A stretch of 64,000 nucleotides of DNA, from assembly GCA_964036045.1 (NCBI GenBank), contig OZ038378.1:197842001-197906000 (forward strand). The letters are read 5' to 3'. Positions 53,001 through 61,911 of this stretch are shown piece after piece (within the stretch, counting starts at the first letter, position 1; each line of letters begins with the position of its first letter). The notes under the pieces are model-generated. The model searched no databases, was not told the DNA's origin, and worked only from the letters and a program-made list of their open reading frames with translations. The stretch comes from Eutreptiella sp. 'Long Island Sound 2002'. Lineage: Eukaryota > Protista > Euglenida. A program made the translations under genes and the position numbers.

Positions 53001-55437
53001 AACTGACATGTAGGGCAATGCTGCAACTGTTCTATCTGTATGTGCAAGGAAGGTGATCGATCCTTTGTCTGACATCTGATGTCACATCACTGCTTGCTGA
53101 GCACCCAAGGAGAGACTATATTAGATTGTGGCACATCAAAGAGGAGTTCTATTATGGTGTCCAAATGCAGTGCCGCCTCTTATGAACCGCAGACCATGGG
53201 TGGTGGCTGTGCATTATTGATGACCCACAACACTTGCATTTCTGTTACACGTGGTGTTTCCTACACATTGATGCTGATTGTGATGTGGCATTTCTTTGCA
53301 AAAGTTGAATGTTTATTTTGTAGTATTTTACTCTGCTGTATTTGACTTTTTTGCATTCACCAGCTCATGCTCAGTAGATTGGAGTGTGGTTCACGCTTGA
53401 TTTGCAGCTGGTTTGCGCTCTGCATGGCAGATGATTTATGCTGTGTGCTTTGTGGCCTGGTGCTTTTGATGACCATTGGAGCGAAACTGACATGTAGGGC
53501 AATGCTGCAACTGTTCTATCTGTATGTGCAAGGAAGGTGATCGATCCTTTGTCTGACATCTGATGTCACATCACTGCTTGCTGAGCAACCAAGGAGAGAT
53601 TTTGTTAGATTGTGGCACATCAAAGAGGGGTTCCATTATGGTGTCCAAATGCAGTGCCGCCTCTTATGAATCACAGACCATGGGTGGTGGCTGTGCATTA
53701 TTGATGACCCACAACACTTGCGTTTTTTTTACAGGTGGTGTTTCCTACACATTGATGCTGATTGTGATGTGGCATTTCTTTGCAAAAGTTGAATGTTTAT
53801 TGTGTAGTATTTTACTCTGCTTTATTTGACTTTTTTGCATTCACCAGCTAATGCTCAGTAGATTGGAGTGTGGTTCACGCTTGATTTGCAGCTGGTTTGC
53901 GCTCTGCATGGTAGATGAGATATGTTTCAGCCCTCTACTTATCTTTTTCTGCGTGTCACACTTTTTCTTTTCTTTTCTTTCTTTTCTTTTCATTTGGCGT
54001 TTTTTTTCGGATCGGGGGGATGTTGCTCAACCTCTTGCAGACGAGGGGTTTTTTTTTGGTGGATGTTGCGGCCTACGCCAAATCAAGACTGAGCATTGGC
54101 TCCAATCCGGTTGGCAACATTATGCACAATAGTCACAGCAGCTCGATAAAGATCTTTGTCAAAGGACCCATCAGGGCCCAAGATGTTTCTAGAAAACCCC
54201 GCTACGAGATTCTCCAAATGAACCTCCAAACGAAGCGTCAAGGACCACCCAGAAAGGACCGCGATGATGGAATCACTTTGAAGGGTCTTGCAAAGGACCT
54301 CAAATGGAGCCCTGTAAAGGACACCCTTGAGGGACACCCTGAAGGGGGGGGTCAGTGGGGGTCACATGCTCATTCAAAGTGCCACCTTGCAAAGGCCTGC
54401 TGCTGGGCAGCAAATAGGGGTCACAGATGGTCCTGAGTACCTGGAGTGTAGGGGGTGTCTCATTTTTGCATTAATATGTGTTCAAATTTGATTTTCCTTT
54501 CATTGACTGAGTTTTCAGGGCCTGTAGTGTTGAGCGACGGACCCGAAGGGGACGCAGTCTGGGTTTTCCTATGCGGAAAATCAGTAGATGTTTTTCGCAT
54601 TGCTTATGTGTGCTATGAAGCTGACCTTTCATGCTTGCTGAATGGGCTCTTTCATGTTGAAATACAGCTGGTTCGTTTGTGACATATCATTCAGATTAAT
54701 GTTCGTTTTGTGTTTGGGCTAGCCTGAGTTACACGCACCCACCCGCCCGCCCACCGGACTGTCCCTTTGGCATGCAATGGCTGTTCATCACATCCTCATG
54801 CTTTCAGGCAGTCTGGATGTTGCTATGCAGAGGACCAGTAGATGCTTTTTGCTCTGCGTGTGCTATGAAACACAAAAGGACAGCTGCCACTGCAGTTACC
54901 CATGGGGGGTTTGCCAGGGTTTATGGTCACTGCTCAAATGAACCCCCCCCCCCCTTGTCTTGAAGGCAATTGACAGTCTGACCAACCTTAGCAACACAAA
55001 TTCCGCAAAATCCAGTGTACCACTGATGTGTAATTTGTGGTGGTCTGGAAAGGGCAGTGTGTTACAACTCCCACATTGGTGGCGGAGAGCACCCTCCAGA
55101 CTGGGAGGGCATGCATGAGAAGCAGGCCAGCCTGTTGAGGAAGTGGCAACAGGGGCAGAAGTCGAGAGCAGTGGGACAAACATTTCATTCTTGCCACCCC
55201 CCACCCCCCAAACCATCAACCAGTTTCCTTGGCACCATGCAAAACTTTTAAGTGACCCGGTCCCATGAGTGCCGGGTGGACGCACTGTGCAACATCAGAA
55301 CTGTTCTGGAAGCTCTGTCTGCTTCCCTTACTGCTGCTGAACACTGCTCAACACTATTGTCATACATTCAGAAACGTTCAGTTCAGTTTGCTACCACTGA
55401 ACTGCATGTGACATGCAACTTCACTCTCTTGCAACAG

Positions 55438-55584
55438 ATGGACATCCCCTTTGATCTCGCCATGCGTTCCATGAGGTCAGGGCAGAAAACCGATCTCTCT
55501 GTGGCATATTATATTTTGCTGCACTACAAGAATCAGCACAAAATGCAGGAGCAGACACGGCAGACGAAGCCGCTCGAGTCGCCA
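55438..55584 (+). CDS. SNF1: SNF1/AMPK alpha, exon 7 (rest of UBA-like domain)
   Basis: Acceptor ctctcttgcaacag; MDIPFDLAMRSMRSGQKTDLSVAYYILLHYK continues the SNF1/SnRK1 UBA-like pattern (xVAYYxLL) in phase 0 with exon 6. The 3' end is set at the probable donor gtatgg at 55585. Confidence 0.82.
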
Positions 55585-56354
55585 GTATGGAACCTGCAGC
55601 CCAATGCTATGACCGTGACGATGCGTGCGACACCAGCTGTCCATGAACCAGGATTCTGCAATGTGTCAGTTTGCCTGACCTGTGCAAACTGTGCTCTGTC
55701 AAAATCGATGCCTGGCCATAACCACAGCATGATCATTGCATGCAAAGCATGATTGTGCACACTCCAATCCAGCGTAGTCATTTGTAGACAAGCACCAGGA
55801 ATGTGGTGAATGAGGGTTTTACAGAGTTGCAGAGGGTGCAATGCAGGCTGTTCAGGGATTTGGGGTGGTTTTAGCGGGTTGTTGACAGAGGGTTGATAAG
55901 GCTGAGGGGCAATGAGGGCCAGCAGTGGTTGGGCATTCAGTGTTGCTGGGCCGGTGAAAATGCGAAAGTGGGTAAGGGTTGTAAGGGTAAGTAAGGGGTG
56001 CGAAAGGTCAAAGAGGATTGTTGGAGTAGTGGCAGGTTGTGTATTGTCAGGGGCACTCTGATTGAGGTGTGTAGGGGCAACGACCTCCCAGAACCATTGT
56101 GAAGTCTCCACGACCCGTAACAAAACCCCAGACTCAACGAGTTGCTTTGGAGGCTCAGGCTTCATACTCAACTCAGTTCCATAGATCCTACCGTCAGCAA
56201 CCTCATGAATCCTCATGCACCCTCATTTTGTCCCTCTCATTCCTGAATGTCCCTCCACATCCCTTATTGGACTTATGTCACGGCACAACCCTGTCTGCAA
56301 GGCCTCCGGTTGATGCTCAGACTTGCTGCTGTTGACCCCTTTCTTTGTGATCAG

Positions 56355-56545
56355 GAATCCAAAGCATCCCCAACAGGGACCCAAAGTGGCCTGGGCTCAC
56401 AGAAAACAGGCTGTGATCTGCAACCGTCTCCTGTCATGTCTGCTCTGCTCACCAACAACAAAAGAGCTGACAAGACATCGGAAGGGCTTGCACGGCAGGT
56501 CAAGATCAAGGGCTTAGGTCCAGGTTGGAAGGTTGGGACATCTGA
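56355..56545 (+). CDS. SNF1: Probable further SNF1/AMPK alpha exon (linker and start of the C-terminal domain)
   Basis: Acceptor tttgtgatcag; ESKASP...SPVMSALLTNN...GPGWKVGTS resembles the W-x-(L/V/I)-G start of the AMPK C-terminal domain; donor gtgcct at 56546 is the same hexamer as the intron 6 donor. The boundaries are inferred, and a small exon near 56105 is possible. Confidence 0.5.
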
Positions 56546-57040
56546 GTGCCTATCTGTTTTGTCTGCGTTCCAGACATCAGTGTCTAGAAACGCAAACCCC
56601 ATAACTCGAGCAAAGCTCTTGCCAGCAACGCTGCCGTGTTGAAGACAGCTGGGGAAGGCCGCTGCACTTTGGAGAGCTGTGTGTGGGTGTGTGTGTGGGG
56701 ATGACACATACACCTGCGCATGCACATGCACATACACTACTGGCCAGGGGGAGGGTGGGCACCAGCTGTGAGGGGTGGGGGTGGGAGGCTGGCAAACCCA
56801 AGGGTGGGTGGGCGCTGGGGCTCGTTGGGGCTGGGGCTGGGGGGGAGTCAGGCGGTAGGAAGAGGAGATGGATTGGGAGGGGGGCAGGCTGCTTGAAAGA
56901 GGGAGGGGGTTCCCAATCCAGGGCTAAGCACCCCTTCACCCTGCACAATTTTTGTAATTGGTTAGGTTGGATGAGCAGGTGTGACCAGTAAGGTTTTATG
57001 ACCCTCTTTAAGGTCTATGGTTGAGCTACCCTTTAATTGA

Positions 57041-57103
57041 CAGCAGCAAGCAGCAAGCAACAGTGGCAATAGCAACAACAGCAGCAAGCAGCAGCAACAA
57101 GCA
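57041..57103. repeat. Imperfect CAG/CAA/CAAG microsatellite
   Basis: cagcagcaagcagcaagcaacag...gcagcaacaagc. Confidence 0.7.
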
Positions 57104-57649
57104 CCTGTGAAATGGGAAAAAATCAGATCTCCGTCGTGATGCTTCAGATTGAGTCGAAATTTTGGTGGATGATCCTTATGGGTATGAAGCTCAAAGTTTG
57201 AGCAAGAAAAAGCCAGGCAGCCAGGGCCGGGTACTGTAAGTGTAGGTGGAGAGCTCCAACAACAGTCAAAAATGATTGAACAAGTGCCGTTACTTGCAGT
57301 TAATGGACATTTGATGCATGTGGCGAGGGCATTTGCATTGCAACCAACTTAGATGGTGATTGGGGCACTGGTTGGGAGCTTTAGTACCGGCCTCAGCAAA
57401 CCTTTCAGGGGTCCAAAATGGCTATAATCAGTGACCTTTTTATGCCTACTTTTTCAAGTATCACCTTTTAGCTGATTGAATGCCATCTATTGGTCACCTT
57501 TGTGGTGATAAATCATGATGAATGGGAACCTTTGCAGGTTGTTTCTTGGGAGATGTGCGGTTTCGCTGTTGTCATGAAAAAGCTGAAAGACGCAGAAAAT
57601 GGGGCAACCTCAAAAGTTTCCATTTTTGTCATTGGTTAGATTTTTTAGA

Positions 57650-59600
57650 CTGTCGTTAACTGTTTCCATTTCTCCATTGCAATGGTGAAAGTAGGAGTTC
57701 AACAGCGTTTACAAAAGAGGAGTTGCAGACCACCACCAAGCATGGTATGTGCTGTGGGAACGTGAACATGTGTGGTAGCATGTGCACGGTCAAGTTGATA
57801 ATGACAGGGAAGTGACAGAATGTTCTACAATTGACAACAGAACCAATCGGTCGAGGAACTGCTCCTGTTGCGGTGCGAGAAAGATGAACAAGATCAACAA
57901 TGGGACAAGTGTGTGCAGTGTGATCTGATTGGAATACTACGGGAGCCGCCAAGATTTTTTTCCTGCAAACAGCTTCAACTATCTGCTGTACTGTACAGTT
58001 GTCAACGCCAGAGTGTAACAGCCAGAGCCCTCTGTAACTATTGTCTTGGGTGTAGGGAGTGGGAATTGTTCTGTTGCCAACAATGAAACTCAGTACAGCA
58101 CACCACACAAGGTTCACTAGTCACTCATGTCAACCAGGGGAGTAGGCCATGGCAGACACTGTCCCTCTAGTGCTGACAATATGGTGAACTGTGATTGTGC
58201 AGACAAGGCGTACACTCCGCCGGGGCAACGGCACACTCCCTATTGTACACCATCTTTGCAACCCTCCATAAAGTACCCATGCCACACAACAATATTTTCT
58301 TGTTAGATTTTGGTTTCCAAGACTATCCCATGACAATCAAATCAACAAGTCACCCAGCCCAACTGTTTTTGTCGCGTTGATGGGCTACAAGCCGCCAAGC
58401 AACAGTCCTCCAATTACCTTGGCAAATATCCATGGTGCAATTTACCAAGCCATAAGGTGAGGAGTTGGTGGCAGGAGTGTTTGCGGCCACCAAGATTTTA
58501 GTGGCAGTGTGCCGTATACCCAAGGTGGCATCCTTCACGCAACTCATTGATATCTCAGCCCAAAGCCATCCATTGTGGTAAAAACGGCTAAAAGATATGT
58601 CCCTGGGTCCATTGCAGTTCTTGTAGTTCTTGTTGTATCTACTGTTGCAAAATTGGTTCTTCCATATTACTATGTGTCACCGGCTCATCGCAACCCATCT
58701 TTGTTCTTGCACATTTGCAACAAAACATGTGGGCACTATTGGTTACTTGTGCAAAACCACCTTTAATCCATGCCTTTTAGTTCTTTTTTTTTTGTTGGTT
58801 AATGTTGTCATGGCACCCTATAATGTTATTGTTCAGGATACTTGCATTAGTTTTACTAAGAACCAACATGCATCTAAACAACATGTGCAGTACTAGGACC
58901 AAGCGTATGGACCATTGTTTGCCACGTTGACTGTACCGTTTTGTTTTCAAGTTGTCTAATACCCGTCATGTCCGGGGGTTTGCCGCAAGCATCCGGCCAT
59001 TTAAACAAAAGTTATGGCCCTTCCACCCCGTAATGCACACATTGTCTTAGTGCATCACCATGTGGGTACTTCTCTACATAGTTCACGCTCCATTTTGCCC
59101 ATGGAGAAGGCCTTGAATAGGTGAATTTGGTACGTCACGGGCCATTCACCATCGGTGCACGGGTGGCTTTCTCCCCTAGCGATACATGTCAAGGGGAATC
59201 ACCAGTCAATCATCTAGCAGCTTGGTTGGCTGGCATAGTAGCACAGCCACGATTGCCAAGGCCAACTAATACCCTTGGCTTTTGGTTGTGCCATGCACTG
59301 TGCCACCGCACAGTGCATGGCACAGGGCAAACAGGGTGCAAAGGGCTGCCCCATGGCCTTGGTGTACTTCAATCTCCGCAAAGTGTACACCTTTGATAGT
59401 GTGTGCCAAGTGCATTTGGGTGCTTGAAGTTTGAGGATGAGTTGGCACTGCCAATCCGGGGGAAGAACGTGGGAGGCTGTTGCACCTTCCGCAGCTAGCT
59501 TGGCTGCCCCTCGGCAAGCCGCCAATGGGCACGTGGTGATGAGACTACCCAATCCCCAAGGAGGTGACGAATGTTAATACCACCTGACACTGTTTGGGCA
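57650..59600 (-). pseudogene. Heavily decayed coding remnant, possibly a non-LTR retrotransposon
   Basis: A minus-strand frame reads protein-like through many TAG/TGA stops (e.g. QLLTLWLGKLHHGYLP, weakly similar to a zf-RVT region). No intact RT motif was recognised. Confidence 0.25.
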
Positions 59601-60214
59601 CCCACTCAGTAGATGAGGTACTTCATCAATTGTTGCATCGAGCTGCCGTTTTTAGACGTGTAGCAGCTAGTGAACAAGGAAGCAACAGGCAACCCCCCCC
59701 CCCCCGGCCTTGCCTTCAAATGTGGGCATTTGCGCTGCGTGTTTCTATGATTTCCAAGAGCATAAACACAACAAGAAAAAAGCAAACGCGACGAAGTGGC
59801 ACTTTGCAATGGTAACCATGGACCAATTTGGGGAAATTGTGTGACACAATTGTTCTTGTCTCCGGCAGTGTTCAAATTAACTCAAATAGAGGCTATTAGA
59901 TGAGGCATAGGCGCGGGCGCCATCTACCACCCTATTTTGGGGTCATTCACGTAGCATGCCCTAAGGTATGATATCGGATGTCCAACCCTTTGTAAAATCA
60001 TCATTCCGGGAGCCAGAATGACCCCAAAAATTTTCGGTTTTGACCCCCCCCCCCCGCCTAGGTACCATTTTTTTGGGAGGTGTATGTGTGTGGGGTGGTG
60101 TTAGAAGTTTTATGTGCATTGTGGCTAATGTGTTAATTCAGGTACTCGACAATTTTTTTCTTGCACATGGACCCCCCAACCAATGGCGGGAATTTTGGGG
60201 CCGAACTGCAAGCA

Positions 60215-61911
60215 CCCCCCATTTTTGGCATGTGTCGGTAGAACATTTTTCGAAATTTGACTTGCTCTGAAACCCTTGTGTCGCCCCTAGGATGGGTTTG
60301 GGTGGTTATTTGGTGACAATATGAGCACTTGAGCACCTATGGGGTCCCACATGGTGGCCGCTAGACCTATGTAGTCTGGGCCACGGCCCCCTGGAAAGCC
60401 CCGAAATTGCCGTTGTTTTGGCAGCTTATTGGCACTTGAAAATTTGTGAAAATTAGACCTTTTCCGGAATCCTTTTGTAGCCTCTAGGATGGGTTTGGGT
60501 GTCATTTAATGCGGGCTTGAGCGCCCATGGGGACCCATGTAGTGGCCGCTAGGCCCATGTAGCCTGGGCCATGGGCTCTCTGAAAGCCCCAAAATTGCAG
60601 CTTTTTAGGCCTTCTGTTGCACGCTTGCACATGGCGAGGCTGCCCTACCCAAGCCGCAACCACCATGTCTTTGGCATGGGGGGCCTCCCACGCTGATGGG
60701 GGGGGGGGGCTCCCCGGATGCTATCCGAGAGGCATCTACCCTCTCTTCCTTCGCCTATGGGGCCTCACATGACGGTTCCGCTTCTGCACCGGGGCCGGCG
60801 GGCACGCCAAAGGGGTCGGATAGAGCCGCCCGAGGAGCCTCGTGGGGTCGCACATGGCCCCCATATGGCGGTGATCACTGCCACGGCGGCGGCGGCGACT
60901 CGAGCAGCTTTGGCCGTTGTGGCTAATATGCGCGACAACTTGTGCCCCTTCTAGTGGGGGCTGCTAGAATGCACGGAGGTATGCTACCTGTGCAGGCTAA
61001 GCGGGGCGGACATTGGGGGCGTTGGTGAGAACAACGTCTGCAGCACGCCGTGCCACTTGTGCCACTGCTCACCATGCAGTAGTGCTTAGCATAGTAGTGC
61101 TGAGCAGTGCCCTGACTGTGGGGTTACAGGGTGCGCCTGCAATGTCCCGTGCACGGTGTGCTGGGGGTTGCAAGAGGAGTGTTGTTGCCCAGGGATTCGA
61201 CCACCCTGTGTGAGCTGTGGGTCGTTGGGTGACTGTTGGTGTGCCGCCTATGAGATCTACATTGAGGACCTCGATGCGGCCGCAGAGCATGCAACTGCTG
61301 ATACCTACCATGGAGGGACGAGGTGCACACCCTCTGGGACTGCCTGGAGTGGGATGCGGCACGCGCCATTTGGCTACCGTGGGTGCACGATGCGGTGGGT
61401 GAGATGCCGCAGCTGGGCCCCAAGTGCAGTGGCCGGTGTGCTTGCGCTGCGTAGGTCTCATGCTCCTCGAGTTGTCGCCGGGCATGGACCGGGCGCTCCG
61501 GGACTAGTTCCTTTACCGCCCGTATAGTATGTACCTGGCGGTACTGGCGGCTCGCATGACCGCGGGTTAGGGGAACCAATGGGCCAGGGAGACTCCCTCT
61601 TCCCATAGCAGTTATGGCCCCGGCCTGGCCGCGTGTACGGGTGGCAGGCCGTGTGTGGGCTCTTGCCCCACGACGTGCTGGGACGTGCCGTGGGTGCGGC
61701 CCCGTCTCAGGCCGGGGGCTTATGAGTTTGCGTGCCCAGAATTATTGTTTTTTCGGCGCTTCAGTGTCACTTGAAACTTTTTGGAAATTCCACTTTTTTG
61801 AAACCCATGTGTGGCCGTTAGGATGGGCTCGGGTGGTCGTTTGGTGACAATACGGGTGCTCAAGCACCCATGGGGACCCATGCAGTGGTCGCTTGGGCCA
61901 TATAGCCAAGG
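60215..61911. repeat. ~200-bp repeat family: two adjacent copies and a third truncated copy
   Basis: taggatggg(t/c)t(t/c)gggt...atgggg(t/a)ccca... at 60288, 60486 and 61818, each preceded by a similar cacttgaaa/aaaccc segment. The third copy ends at about 61911. Confidence 0.75.

Larger units (their letters stand above)
14571..53927. repeat. Tandem satellite-like array of about 78 near-identical ~490-bp units (variants of about 484-491 bp), with a degenerate partial unit at the left edge
   Basis: The same ORFs recur every ~490 bp in the track. High identity starts at about 14712. The last partial unit stops at gagatatgttt (53927). Confidence 0.99.
14144..55437 (+). other. Giant GT-AG intron (41,294 bp) of the SNF1/AMPK alpha gene
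   Basis: Phase-0 donor after VAAK and phase-0 acceptor before MDIPF. No kinase-like coding sequence was recognised in between. Confidence 0.8.

Noticed and set aside
14895-53829. About 150 small Cys-rich ORFs (62-88 aa, both strands) as a tandem gene family
   Set aside because: They simply repeat with the unit. Their starts and lengths change with point and 1-bp variants, one is truncated (stop at 24365), ORFs occur on both strands, and no domain is recognisable.
14571-53927. CRISPR array or CRISPR-like repeat-spacer system
   Set aside because: The units are ~490 bp with no unique spacers, the variable parts are recombined alleles of the same sequence, there are no cas genes, and the context is a eukaryotic intron.
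55533-56216. 227-aa minus-strand ORF as a gene
   Set aside because: It is antisense to AMPK exon 7 and its intron, is Pro/Thr/Leu-biased because of the G-rich plus strand, and has no recognisable motif.
57041-57103. Poly-glutamine exon of AMPK
   Set aside because: The tract mixes 3-nt and 4-nt units, so no clean Q-run exists, and there are no convincing splice sites.
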